In this document: positions 36,785 to 47,023 of the stretch, piece after piece
Layout: each line of letters opens with the position of its first letter
How positions within the stretch are numbered: the first letter of the stretch is position 1
IMG/VR virus record: IMGVR_UViG_3300042553_000326
Coordinates: 1 to 64,000 of that record
Reading direction: 5' to 3' (one strand)
Length of the DNA: 64,000 bases
DNA from: a virus
Notes under the pieces: model-generated
What the model was told of the DNA's origin: nothing
Databases searched by the model: none
What the model saw: the letters and a program-made list of their open reading frames with translations, nothing else
Made by a program: the position numbers and the translations under genes

Positions 36785-39700
36785 TTATCCGATCCCGTAC
36801 CAGTACAAATTCTTATCGAACTTATGCTCAATAGGTTTCAGAATGTCTTCTCTTGTGAGGATATCCTCGATTTGCAATACTTTACCACCAACAACAGAAC
36901 GACCAGGCACTGGAATAAGTCCTGTGTCGATAGCCTCATTGAGATATTGGTCATACAGATCCTTAGGCAAACCTCTTGCACGCATCTCATTCAGTGTGTG
37001 CAGGATAACGTTAGACTCTAAAGATTCAGCATATATCTCTCTAAGTGCATCCCTTGCCTTCAGCATGTCAGCAGCGTTCGACAAGAACGCATCATGAACA
37101 GTTGAAGTATCTATGTTATTCCTTCTTCCCCATAGATGATATTTCTTTACTAATACAGCATCGTTACTGTGGTTAGTGTTAACCCCGAAAGCTGTCTTAG
37201 CTTTGTTTAAATCAGCGATATCCTGCATAGTATCAGACTTATTTCTAATCTCTTGCCACCATGTAGGATCGGTCTTCTGTTTAACCTGAACGATATTCGT
37301 TATCCACTCACCATCCTTACTTTTGTACAATAGTTTTTCCTCGAAAGACTGTGTGAACTTTTGTTCAACAACCTTTCCATCGAAATTAACTACAGGTACA
37401 TTAGTCCAGTTCTTAGGTAATTTATTTGGATGCAAAACATCGAATCCACCAAACAGATTCTCTTCTATATCGCCTAACTTAAACTTTACCTTTCCAAGGT
37501 TCTTACCTGTTACACGATCTATAGGATCTTTAACTCCGAATACAATATCAGAGAATGTACTATCAGGTTTGAACCAAGGTATTCTTTTTAGAAGTTTCTC
37601 GCTAAGAGATTCAGATGCTTTAGTACCTAGTATTTCGGCTGCTAGTGGTGACAACTTATCACCAGAGCTGTAATTACCAAATACCATCTGTCTCGCGATA
37701 ACTGCAAAGTCTAATGAGGATTGCGATGGCTTAGCACTGGTTAGGAAATCAGCTGCTAGTCTACCAAAGAACTTAGTGAAGCCTTTTAGAATAGGGACTT
37801 CTTCAGATAAGTTTTCACTCATTATATTTGCTATTAATTTAAAGTCATCAGGAGTGACGACCTTATTGTAATTTCTAGACATCTTCTCTACGAGATCATA
37901 CGTCTTAGGTTCAAGGAACCAAAGTTCCTCAAGAATGTCATCCCCAGGATCGATACCTTTATTGAAGATGTCCTTCACGTCTTGTCGTAAACTCTTAAGT
38001 TCAGCAGCTGTATCAGGATCAAACCTTTCGAATCTAGCTGCACGAGCACTTATCTGCTCTAATACAGTGTCTCTATCCGAAGCCTTAACCACTAGGGTCG
38101 AGTCTTGTTTATCTAATGCTTTAGCCAACTTAGTTTCTACGTTGATAATACCAGTACGTTCACCTGCTCCGTAGAAGGTCACCATGTTTTGAGCTTTAGC
38201 AGCCTTACGTAGATCTTTTTCCGTTAAGCCTAACTTTTGATTAAGCTTAATGAATCTTGGGTCATCGAAGGTTCTTGCTGCAATCTCATCGTACAAACGT
38301 TTCTTCTGATTGGTTGGTACTACATTAGATAACTCAGCCAACTGCTTATTTTTAGTTGTGAGTGCAATGATCTGAGCGCCAGACGACGATGCATCCTGCT
38401 CAAGAGCTATTGCTATCTTGTAATCACTTAGCTTAGCTAAAGACAGCTTATCATATTTCCCATCAAGGAAATTATGTATTTTAGCTGCTTCAAGTGACAG
38501 TCTAAGAGCCTTACCGAGGTCTTCACCATCTATCTCTTGGACAAACTTAGAATCCAGCACAGCTCTAATGTCACCTGGCTTACCACGTAGAATGTGATTA
38601 CCAATCTTAACCATCTCAGGGCGTAATTCTGATGCTATCAGCTGTCTACCTGTGACGGATAATGAGTTATGTCTACCTTCGAACTTATCAGAAAGTCCAC
38701 CTAGAAATCCACCTATCTGATCATTTAGGTTCCTCCATCCAGCTTCACTGAATGGCTTTGCTTCCTTACTATTTAAGAAAGGTCTAAATGATTCACCAGA
38801 TTGAGGCCCAATAAAGCCTCTTTCGTAGATACGTGCACGGTGATCTAGGAATGGTATATTACTGAACGAAGCATTCTTCTTTCTGAGCCAATCCATTACT
38901 TTGAATCGCTCATAGGCATCGCCACGCTCTACCATGTATTCGCGGTAGGTATTCAACTCATTGTAATGTTTAGCGCGACCTTTATCGTCTTCAAACAACA
39001 TCAGCTTATTGATGAAATCATAGAACTCATTATCGATACGATATTCAGTCCTACCTGCCCAATTAAGAGCTTGTGTCATCGACTTATCAATTAATGCCTC
39101 TGGAAAGTCGGCAAAGGAGTCTGTAGACGTTATAGGTATGCGGGTATCGTAATAACCTAGAACACCTTCGTCTATGAAATACGTTTTGTAACCCTCTCTA
39201 ATAATTAAACGGTTTCGCGCATCGATTGGTGTGACACGGATACCTACATCTACTTTTCTAGTTAACTTAGAGTAGTCTTGGATGCGTTTATCGACAATAC
39301 GAAGATGCACAGAGAATGTATCATAAGCAGGACCAAAGTATTTATTACTATTCTTACTCTTCATCCGCCTCTTCTGAACACCAAAGGTTTCTAACTCGTA
39401 GAATCCCTTTCCTTTTGCATCGTCTAACAGTTTAACACCAAGCTTCCACCACTCTTGTCTACTGCCTCTGTAGTTAGCTAGATTATAGAGATCACGTCCG
39501 ATTGCTACAGCGAGCTGATCCCTATCAGGACCATCTGCCAGAGCTAATCTGTTTGCAAACTTAAGATAGAATTGCTTTTTCTGAGGTTCTTCTAGGCGAA
39601 CTAATAGTTTTAAAGGAATTTTCCTATCCAACACGTTACGCAATTCTCTAGCGATCTTCGGTAAGGTTTTATCTTCCCATTTATTCTTTCGTTTTATATT

Positions 39701-41419
39701 AGCTAGGAACTCATCATGAAGCTCGTCTAGTTGGCTAGGTCCAAGAACTGGATCTAGAAAGTTATCTTGCTTCAACCGCTGAAGTAACCCTGTATTGCGC
39801 CTCAGCTGTGTCTCCATGAAGTCCGACACGTTCATCACATCAAACTTCATCTGTCCATTGAGGACTGCCTTAAGATTCTGCCAAGGCTCTTTATTGTTTC
39901 TAAACCTGGTAAATGTAATTCTAAGATTCTCTGTGACAACAGCTCTCTCATTAGAACTCATTTCATCTTCAAGCTTATCTACAAACTTTATGATGAAGTC
40001 TTTATCAGCTTGCTTAAGGTCTGCACTCTCATTAACTAACCTATAACTGTTACTCAATACTGAAGGATTGGGCTGAAATACACGGCTATCCTCGTATCGT
40101 CCCGTTAAGGGGTTGAATAATAACTGATCTTCATTAGGTGGTGTAGATAGAATTCTAGTCTTACTAGCTTTCTTAGTGCCTAGCAGATTACCTCTATAGT
40201 TCGTAAGTGATAACGTACCTTCTAAGTCCCTAGACTGCAGCAGGTAATACTCTTTAAGTGCCTTCTGCAATTCAGTAGATGCAAGTATCTCATCAGGCCT
40301 TGATGCACCTAACTTAAGTACATCTAATCTTTCCTTTGCAGCAGCAAACTTCATCGTATCACCAGGTAAGCCTATACCTGAGGTAGTCATTCTGCGAAGC
40401 TCAGCAATACCTACTTCTTTACCAGAAGGATTAGTGAATTTATCCACAGTAAGCTGTCCACTTCTAAACATATTCAGTCTAGTGGTATCACCAAGGTGTC
40501 TAAGCTGGACTTCAGTAGGTTGACGTTGTAACCACTCACTATAGGACTCTTTTAGTGGTGATTGTCCGTCGTAGTAAGCGATTTGCTTAGCTGTGAGACC
40601 CTCTAGATTACGTTTTCGAATTTGGGCAATATTCTCGAGTGAACCCAAGTCGCTATAGCTTTTGACAATAGGTACAGTGGTACTCCTGCAATGAAAATGA
40701 GCAGGAGGCAAATGAGATACATCACTAATAGGATACACAGTGCCATCGCGATGACGGCAAATAGGGGTAGTTCTAGAATCGAGAACAGCAACGTACTGCC
40801 AACCTCTAAGGACTTTCTCATTAGCTTTATAGACCTCATGATCTGTTTGTGAACGAACCGAGGTCATAGCAGTTCTTACTAAGCCTAATGACTGATTCAT
40901 TGAGATATCAAGGACGTTACCTTTACGTATGGACAACGCAATAGCCTTTTCATCTAGCCCTTGTGCAATACCATTACGTATTACAGCTTCTAATCGTTTA
41001 CGCTCGGAGAGGCTTACTGTATTCCAGCCTTCGAGCAGTGTAACATCATTGTAGATAGGACGCTTTAACACAATGTCTTCAGCTATACGATATTGTGGCT
41101 TAGATGTGCGCCATATCTTACCAACAGCATTATCCAACTGTTGATAAGTGTAGGATATTTGGCTGGATACTAAGTCAAGTAAAGATCTAGAGCTTACATT
41201 ATATGCTTGCCCATAGGTCTTTCTTAATAGCACATCTATCTCTTCCATCATCTTAGGTGACATAGACGCCTTATTACGCAAGATGATATCATCTATCTTC
41301 GTCTTATGGCCATTGACAATGGTGTATATCTTACCAGATACACGCTCCTCGTACAACCTCATCATTGCAGCTCTGTCTACAATATTATCGTATAGAGCTG
41401 TATTCACATTTTGTTTCAT
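36785..41419 (-). CDS. MuF (SPP1 gp7-like) minor head protein fused to a T7-family single-subunit DNA-directed RNA polymerase (1544 aa)
   Basis: N-term: YVAVLDSRTTPICRHRDG...PPAHFHCRST (MuF). C-term: DHRARIY, EQDASSSGAQ (motif A Asp), RKAAKAQNMVTFYG (motif B Lys/Tyr), NHSNDA, VHDAF (motif C Asp). Confidence 0.92.
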   Translation of the reverse strand: MKQNVNTALYDNIVDRAAMMRLYEERVSGKIYTIVNGHKTKIDDIILRNKASMSPKMMEEIDVLLRKTYGQAYNVSSRSLLDLVSSQISYTYQQLDNAVGKIWRTSKPQYRIAEDIVLKRPIYNDVTLLEGWNTVSLSERKRLEAVIRNGIAQGLDEKAIALSIRKGNVLDISMNQSLGLVRTAMTSVRSQTDHEVYKANEKVLRGWQYVAVLDSRTTPICRHRDGTVYPISDVSHLPPAHFHCRSTTVPIVKSYSDLGSLENIAQIRKRNLEGLTAKQIAYYDGQSPLKESYSEWLQRQPTEVQLRHLGDTTRLNMFRSGQLTVDKFTNPSGKEVGIAELRRMTTSGIGLPGDTMKFAAAKERLDVLKLGASRPDEILASTELQKALKEYYLLQSRDLEGTLSLTNYRGNLLGTKKASKTRILSTPPNEDQLLFNPLTGRYEDSRVFQPNPSVLSNSYRLVNESADLKQADKDFIIKFVDKLEDEMSSNERAVVTENLRITFTRFRNNKEPWQNLKAVLNGQMKFDVMNVSDFMETQLRRNTGLLQRLKQDNFLDPVLGPSQLDELHDEFLANIKRKNKWEDKTLPKIARELRNVLDRKIPLKLLVRLEEPQKKQFYLKFANRLALADGPDRDQLAVAIGRDLYNLANYRGSRQEWWKLGVKLLDDAKGKGFYELETFGVQKRRMKSKNSNKYFGPAYDTFSVHLRIVDKRIQDYSKLTRKVDVGIRVTPIDARNRLIIREGYKTYFIDEGVLGYYDTRIPITSTDSFADFPEALIDKSMTQALNWAGRTEYRIDNEFYDFINKLMLFEDDKGRAKHYNELNTYREYMVERGDAYERFKVMDWLRKKNASFSNIPFLDHRARIYERGFIGPQSGESFRPFLNSKEAKPFSEAGWRNLNDQIGGFLGGLSDKFEGRHNSLSVTGRQLIASELRPEMVKIGNHILRGKPGDIRAVLDSKFVQEIDGEDLGKALRLSLEAAKIHNFLDGKYDKLSLAKLSDYKIAIALEQDASSSGAQIIALTTKNKQLAELSNVVPTNQKKRLYDEIAARTFDDPRFIKLNQKLGLTEKDLRKAAKAQNMVTFYGAGERTGIINVETKLAKALDKQDSTLVVKASDRDTVLEQISARAARFERFDPDTAAELKSLRQDVKDIFNKGIDPGDDILEELWFLEPKTYDLVEKMSRNYNKVVTPDDFKLIANIMSENLSEEVPILKGFTKFFGRLAADFLTSAKPSQSSLDFAVIARQMVFGNYSSGDKLSPLAAEILGTKASESLSEKLLKRIPWFKPDSTFSDIVFGVKDPIDRVTGKNLGKVKFKLGDIEENLFGGFDVLHPNKLPKNWTNVPVVNFDGKVVEQKFTQSFEEKLLYKSKDGEWITNIVQVKQKTDPTWWQEIRNKSDTMQDIADLNKAKTAFGVNTNHSNDAVLVKKYHLWGRRNNIDTSTVHDAFLSNAADMLKARDALREIYAESLESNVILHTLNEMRARGLPKDLYDQYLNEAIDTGLIPVPGRSVVGGKVLQIEDILTREDILKPIEHKFDKNLYWYGIG

Positions 41420-41440
41420 TTAGGCTCCTTGATAAATATT

Positions 41441-41467
41441 AAAAAGAGCACTATTGCTAGCGCCCTT
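41441..41467 (-). terminator. Intrinsic terminator between portal and MuF-RNAP
   Basis: AAGGGCGCTA-GCAA-TAGTGCTCTT followed by TT; GNRA loop. Confidence 0.6.
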
Positions 41468-41481
41468 GAAGTATTCACCAG

Positions 41482-43068
41482 TTATTCCTTATCTTTGAAC
41501 GGCTGTTCGTCATTATCAAAGTTTGCTCTATTAGCCTCAGCATCATGTTTCTTTTTCAGAGACACGATGAATTCATCTGCATTAATCTCATCTTGTGCTG
41601 TCTCATCATCATAATCAGGTGGCACAATATCATTCTGCTTAAGAATAGCAAGCCAAGTAGAACGCGGAATAAGACCTTCCTTGTACCATTCAGTAACGAG
41701 GCGTAACCATGCGTCACCAAGCGGTGCAGGATTGAAGTCAGCTGATAGATTGAACTCTACATCTGAAGACTTGAAGTCAGTATTGTAACGCCAATTAAGC
41801 ATGAATGCTATAATGTCAGCTAGTGTATTGCTAACCTTAGTATTCATCGTGCCTAATTGAGCTGTCTGTGAGGCATTCCTAATATCAAGTGCAATACCAG
41901 ACTGACCCACCTCAGGCGTAAGCATTCTAACACCTAACCTAGCCATCTCATCGATAGCACTAGCGATAGTAGCTTCCATATCCTTAAGAGCTTCTGTAGG
42001 TGTCTTCAGGACGTCCGCAGTATCGCCTCTATTGAGTTTAATCCAAGTACCTAACCCGGAATCAACGATCTTGTCAAAATCCTCGTCAGACATGTCTGTG
42101 GAAATCACAGGTGTATATGTAGCTGCCCCATAGATCAGATGATTACGTCTACTCATCTTGTTATAAAGATTAATCTCTTTATCAACGAGCGGAGTAATAG
42201 ACGGTTCGATAGGGTCAATACAACCATTAAGAGGCCATGCAGGGATAAAATCCAATGGCTTATTGTTCATTAAGATACCTGTGATGGTATCTTTAAGCTT
42301 CATTGAGATATTCTTACCGTTAGAGGCGGATACAGATCCACCTGTAGCCTTAGCCTGTGTATCAACCTCAGCCTGAAACACCCTTATCTGATACTTACCG
42401 TCTAGAAGCTCATGCACCCATACTGTTTCAATGTATTCTGGGTGAAATTCATTCTTAATGAAGCTTTCTGAATGACCCTTCACAATGACACGAGTTAGCT
42501 GTGACCTACCATTTACAACTTCAGTCTTCCAGTTGATAATACTCTCAGCTGGCCAAATGATAGGAAATGGAGCAAAGCGCTCTATAAGTTCAGCGTTAGT
42601 CATACCATGATTCTTTGGCACAACAGGGTAATCTACATAGATCCATGTACGTGACGTTTGTACTTCTTCCCACAGAGCGCCATCTAAGAATGCTGCTAAA
42701 GGTTGACCATCCGAAGTAAATGCATCTAGTATCCATTGCTGTGCCTCTTCAGGAGCCTTCTCAGGAAGCTTTAGATGAGGCTGTTTACGAAGCAATCCAC
42801 CTACAATGAACTTAGCAAATGTACTCACAATACCAGGCAATTCAGCCTCGGACTTGTAGAATTCATATTGCTGTGGTGTCATGTTAGGGGAGAAAGGGAT
42901 AAGCAGATTAGTGTAGTTGACAGTGTCAATCAGAGAGTCATAATCTTTAACATAGCGCTCACCGCTACAGACAGCTCTACTACGTTTCCATAATTCAGCA
43001 ATGCTATCATATAAGCTACATGGCTCACCTACACCACGTAGCGGTTCAGAAGCGCTAACGTTAGCCAT
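41482..43068 (-). CDS. Portal protein (DUF4055-like, 528 aa)
   Basis: Follows terminase; W.YVDYP, P......AESIINW, SGIAL.IR, L..DF motifs. Confidence 0.88.
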   Translation of the reverse strand: MANVSASEPLRGVGEPCSLYDSIAELWKRSRAVCSGERYVKDYDSLIDTVNYTNLLIPFSPNMTPQQYEFYKSEAELPGIVSTFAKFIVGGLLRKQPHLKLPEKAPEEAQQWILDAFTSDGQPLAAFLDGALWEEVQTSRTWIYVDYPVVPKNHGMTNAELIERFAPFPIIWPAESIINWKTEVVNGRSQLTRVIVKGHSESFIKNEFHPEYIETVWVHELLDGKYQIRVFQAEVDTQAKATGGSVSASNGKNISMKLKDTITGILMNNKPLDFIPAWPLNGCIDPIEPSITPLVDKEINLYNKMSRRNHLIYGAATYTPVISTDMSDEDFDKIVDSGLGTWIKLNRGDTADVLKTPTEALKDMEATIASAIDEMARLGVRMLTPEVGQSGIALDIRNASQTAQLGTMNTKVSNTLADIIAFMLNWRYNTDFKSSDVEFNLSADFNPAPLGDAWLRLVTEWYKEGLIPRSTWLAILKQNDIVPPDYDDETAQDEINADEFIVSLKKKHDAEANRANFDNDEQPFKDKE

Positions 43069-43394
43069 TATTTACCTCGCAAAATCGCTTTAAATCCAGG
43101 CATTTCGCCTTCGTAGACTCGTCCTGTCATATTGTTGTAAGCCCTGATAGTCTCAGCGCCAGTAGCCACAATAGACCAGTTACCAGATACCATCTCAGCG
43201 GCCTTACTACGCTCAGAGACAGCTGCACCAGTATCTTTAGAAGGTTTTGGCGGTTCTACAACAGGAGGCGCGACGGGTTGTACTTCAATGGTAATCACAG
43301 GTGCAGGATCAACAGCAGGTGTATCATGCTTATCGATATGCACTTCGACAGTCTCAGTTACTTTTACATCATCATTAATCTTTAATGCTTTCAT
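43068..43394 (-). CDS. Hypothetical protein between terminase and portal
   Basis: AGGA RBS; Pro-rich N-terminal half. Confidence 0.65.
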   Translation of the reverse strand: MKALKINDDVKVTETVEVHIDKHDTPAVDPAPVITIEVQPVAPPVVEPPKPSKDTGAAVSERSKAAEMVSGNWSIVATGAETIRAYNNMTGRVYEGEMPGFKAILRGK

Positions 43395-43406
43395 TTTTAA
43401 TCCTAA

Positions 43407-44741
43407 TTAGAATCCAAAGCCACGTTTCGCTGTAGTACCACCAGAACGAACAGGAAACTTATATTCAAAGAAGTATCGAATACCATCAGAGTAGTGTTCA
43501 ATACCAGCTGATTTATCTATTGTTGCAGTATCTGGATTGTTATCAACCCAAACAGTCTTCTCTAACGACTCTATGACGCCTTGACATTGTGGATTAACAT
43601 AAGCATTAACCTCACCAGCTGCGGTCTTGAAGTGCTTATTCACAGAAGCCACACTGTCCACTATCTTAGGCGCAGCATCTCTTGCCAACACAGTAAAGCC
43701 CATGCTTCTTAGAATGCTAAAATCAGTAACACCAACAGGAGCAGAAGTCTTTCTACTATTGCCGGATGGATCTGGGTAACAAATAACACGATGTCCTTTA
43801 TCCTTGTATTTAGCTTTAATTGCGATCCCTAATGTTTCTGTATCAGGATGCCCCTTGAATTCGTGATGACAATCAGCACGCTTACCTCTAACTGTCCACA
43901 CAGATGAGCATTGTAATCCGACGTTAAAGTCAATTGCAACATGAACATCTTCACCATCATGTATAGGCTCGATATTCTTGTTAACATGTATCTTGCGATC
44001 AAAGCAATAGAACACATTCTTACCAGAGCCTTCGAACTTAGCAAGGTATTCTCTATTAAAGAATACAGGATCAACACGATGGCGTATCTTGTCTATTTCT
44101 TCTGGATCTAACAGCGGTGATTGTGTGTAATCGAAATGATAAGACTTGAATGTAGGATCTACCTCTTCAAAGTGATACATATCGTATAGATAGTTGTACC
44201 CTTTAGGCGTAGATATTGTCAATGATCTACCTGCAGAAGGTGCTCTATAGAGTTTAGCTCTCTTAGGCGACCAACGTGTCGAGATACAGGGTTCTATAAT
44301 ACTTTCCCATGCATCTTTATGGCCAGCACCTTTAGTCCACGAGGATACCTCATCATTAACAGCATAATATACACCTGTACCACGCTGTCTCTCTACAGCC
44401 TCGTAGGAGAACAACTTAATTTCTACATCATTAGGCAACTTTATTCTACCAAGGTCTCTGCTGGAACTTTGAGCATAACGTTCTAATCCAAGTTGATACA
44501 TTAGCAAAGGATAATAAACGTCAGTCACCTGTGAATAGGTAGGTGCATTTATTACAACATTCTTATTAGGGACGCTAGGACGTAATGTCATAAGCTCCCA
44601 TGCTGCAGTAGATGCAGAGACAGCTGCCATGTGTGACTTGCCCCATCCTCGTGAGGCTACAACAACAGCGTGTCTCACACTCTTCTCTACAAATAGATCT
44701 CTATAAACCTTACTCTGGGTGGGGTGCAGACGGATTGACAT
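43407..44741 (-). CDS. terL: Terminase large subunit
   Basis: Walker A ASRGWGKS, APTY.Q, Walker B VNDE, ISTPKG, nuclease IDFN, YPDPSG, H..DG.RY. Confidence 0.95.
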   Translation of the reverse strand: MSIRLHPTQSKVYRDLFVEKSVRHAVVVASRGWGKSHMAAVSASTAAWELMTLRPSVPNKNVVINAPTYSQVTDVYYPLLMYQLGLERYAQSSSRDLGRIKLPNDVEIKLFSYEAVERQRGTGVYYAVNDEVSSWTKGAGHKDAWESIIEPCISTRWSPKRAKLYRAPSAGRSLTISTPKGYNYLYDMYHFEEVDPTFKSYHFDYTQSPLLDPEEIDKIRHRVDPVFFNREYLAKFEGSGKNVFYCFDRKIHVNKNIEPIHDGEDVHVAIDFNVGLQCSSVWTVRGKRADCHHEFKGHPDTETLGIAIKAKYKDKGHRVICYPDPSGNSRKTSAPVGVTDFSILRSMGFTVLARDAAPKIVDSVASVNKHFKTAAGEVNAYVNPQCQGVIESLEKTVWVDNNPDTATIDKSAGIEHYSDGIRYFFEYKFPVRSGGTTAKRGFGF

Positions 44742-45234
44742 CTTCTTCTTCCCTCAGTAAGGCTTCTACTTCTTCGTAATCTGTTTCGCTAGGATCAATG
44801 ACAAACACATCACCTTCTTGTGTTAACTCAATAGTCAATGGCGGTGGCACATCATCCTTCTTAGCTTCATCCACAGGAATCTTAGCATAACGGTAAGGTA
44901 TTAAGTCGTTAAGTAATTTCTCTTGTGCAGTGGCGAAGCCCATGTGGGCCATCGCTGAATATCCATTCTTCACCTGCTTACCCGTCTCCAGCTCTGCAAC
45001 ATCTTTCATAGCCTGGAGCTCTTCTTGTCTTGTAAGCTGTGCATCAATACGATGATACAGCTGTACCATCTTTTGTATAGGATCGAAGTCTAACTTTGCT
45101 AATGCACGGATAGATTCTCTGGAGTACTTCTTCTTGAAGCCTGGAAGAGGACCACCTCTACGTAAATTAGGTGAGACATTCGGATCAGTTACCCTGGGCA
45201 TTTCATCATCTCTTGAGGCTTTATCGTTAGCCAT
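44710..45234 (-). CDS. Putative terminase small subunit
   Basis: Overlaps the terL start; GG.LPG..KK, FDPI..M, L.PYRYAK pattern. Confidence 0.75.
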   Translation of the reverse strand: MANDKASRDDEMPRVTDPNVSPNLRRGGPLPGFKKKYSRESIRALAKLDFDPIQKMVQLYHRIDAQLTRQEELQAMKDVAELETGKQVKNGYSAMAHMGFATAQEKLLNDLIPYRYAKIPVDEAKKDDVPPPLTIELTQEGDVFVIDPSETDYEEVEALLREEEDVNPSAPHPE

Positions 45235-45239
45235 ATTGT

Positions 45240-45800
45240 ATCCCGTAAATAAACTTCGAAAACTAATGCGGTATCAAGTACTTACACCGAAACCGATAAG
45301 AAAATCGCTCGCGCTTTCTATATAGCGCCTTCATTAAGATAACACTTTAAGCATTCGTATTTGCTAATGCTGTGTTCAATGTAGTACTCTGCAATTTAAA
45401 CCTACCTATTTACCTTCTCATTGATTTCTCATTTTCAATATAGGGTTACTATACAAGGTACTTATACATAACTCCCCTTGAGTTATCTAATGCTGTAGGT
45501 TAAAGCATTAGTTATTCTATATTGTTAAATACATAGGTTATTAATACATATTATTATTAATAAAGAAGTATAATAAAGAAGGGGCTTACATTGGTAGACG
45601 AATGCATTAAGCTACATCTGTATTATACCTACATATACCTTCTTCTTAATAGATACATACATACATACAGACGTCTGTAGCGATTAATACAGGGGGAGCG
45701 GTAATGGGTTAATTTAACAGTTTCGCGATAGAAAATAATTGTGTAAATCTTGAACTTTGGAAAATTAAACCTTTAAGTAATCTTGTGGCATTTCGAATCA
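45240..45800. other. AT-rich non-coding region between accessory and late modules (origin, pac or late-control candidate)
   Basis: No ORF of 60 aa or more on the coding strand; AT-rich with TACATA-type short repeats. Confidence 0.45.
45671..45725. promoter_or_regulatory. Conserved intergenic element, copy B
   Basis: Near-identical to 16861-16916. Confidence 0.6.
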
Positions 45801-45872
45801 AAAAAAAAAAAAAAAAAAAAAAAGTTGGAGAGACCCTTACCCAGTACCCGAAGGCACCAGATAAGGATCTCT
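45800..45872 (-). terminator. Long UUCG-capped hairpin followed by a 24-nt T tract
   Basis: AGAGATCCTTATCTGGTGCC-TTCG-GGTACTGGGTAAGGGTCTCT, then T24 (45800-45823). Confidence 0.8.
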
Positions 45873-46309
45873 CACAGGTGTATTACCTTGTCGATTGAAT
45901 CTATCAGAGTGTACAACCTCTGAGTTTCCTCTGTGAAGATACCAAGTCGTTCTTTTCCTTCTTCACCTAGTCTTGTGTAATCCAGGACGAGTCTCTCGTA
46001 GCGCAGAAGATCGAACTTGACACTTGACCTACATGATTCTACCAGGTTTCGTAACTTTGTATTCTCTACGATAAGCTCAGAATTGCGAATACATTGCCTG
46101 CCAAATTCACCTGCCAGTTGCTTGTTCTCGGCTTCGAGGGCGGCGAGTTGCTCCTTCAGTTCATTTCTCAGCCTCTTATACTCGGAGTGATCGAATGTAG
46201 AGGCTTCCTTCAGCCGATTCACCTGCATACGAAGTGACTTAATCTCGTACTTCCAGGAGCCATCTGCTAAGGCTTCAAACTCTTGTTCAGTCATATTGTG
46301 GTCCTCCAT
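45872..46309 (-). CDS. Hypothetical coiled-coil protein
   Basis: AAGGAG RBS before ATG 46309. Confidence 0.65.
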   Translation of the reverse strand: MEDHNMTEQEFEALADGSWKYEIKSLRMQVNRLKEASTFDHSEYKRLRNELKEQLAALEAENKQLAGEFGRQCIRNSELIVENTKLRNLVESCRSSVKFDLLRYERLVLDYTRLGEEGKERLGIFTEETQRLYTLIDSIDKVIHL

Positions 46310-46560
46310 TATTTCTCCTTCTTCACCCACAGGCTGTCGAAGCAGATTCGCATCATCCATCGAACAAACCAATTAGGCTCTCCACCCTTACGCGGTGTAT
46401 ACATCAGACCTGGACCACCTGGCCTGTTGCCAAATAGGTAGCAAGACCATTCAGACGACTCTTGGATATATAGCTTAAACTTCTGTGAATCTTTGACGGC
46501 GAAGTTAGAAGAGTCTATAGTTTTGGTACTGCCGCTCGTCTCGAAGCTTTCATCACTCAC
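46309..46560 (-). CDS. Hypothetical protein (83 aa)
   Basis: Coupled ORF in operon; PNWF.RWM C-terminal motif. Confidence 0.65.
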   Translation of the reverse strand: MSDESFETSGSTKTIDSSNFAVKDSQKFKLYIQESSEWSCYLFGNRPGGPGLMYTPRKGGEPNWFVRWMMRICFDSLWVKKEK

Positions 46561-46823
46561 GTACTGACCTCCGAGAGTTTACCATTAGCGGCGATACCTT
46601 TAACAATAAGACATTTGTAATCATTGTCGATTCTCCCAAATAGCTTCTTAATGATTCTATGGTAGAGACTGCCGTTTACTACGATACAAACATGGTCCTC
46701 TTTGAACTCCACACATTGCTCAAGTGTGAGCTTACCCTCCATTACCATAGCGTTAACAGTAGCCTCCATCGCCATAGAAGCAAGCTTATCAATCTCCTCA
46801 CCTTCAATCGATATGTGTCGCAT
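46557..46823 (-). CDS. Hypothetical protein
   Basis: Start MRHISI overlaps the upstream stop; GAGG RBS. Confidence 0.6.
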   Translation of the reverse strand: MRHISIEGEEIDKLASMAMEATVNAMVMEGKLTLEQCVEFKEDHVCIVVNGSLYHRIIKKLFGRIDNDYKCLIVKGIAANGKLSEVST

Positions 46824-47023
46824 TATGTGTTCCTCATAAGTAGAAACCATTTAATGATAGCATCAACAACTTCCTTCTGCTCATCTTCGAGTGGAACCTT
46901 TACACCACGAACGTAAAAGCCATCAGGCGCTATCTTAAGCATCTCTGTGTTGTTAGGTGGCGATTTAAATACGATTACACCTTCCTGTGTCCTACTAGGC
47001 CCAATACTCATTTTATTCTCCAT
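46823..47023 (-). CDS. Hypothetical protein (66 aa)
   Basis: Operon packing. Confidence 0.55.
   Translation of the reverse strand: MENKMSIGPSRTQEGVIVFKSPPNNTEMLKIAPDGFYVRGVKVPLEDEQKEVVDAIIKWFLLMRNT

Noticed and set aside
45328-45345. CTTCATTAAGATAAC upstream of terS as a fifth phage promoter
   Set aside because: One-base deletion plus a mismatch in the otherwise invariant core, and no TGCG box at the fixed distance
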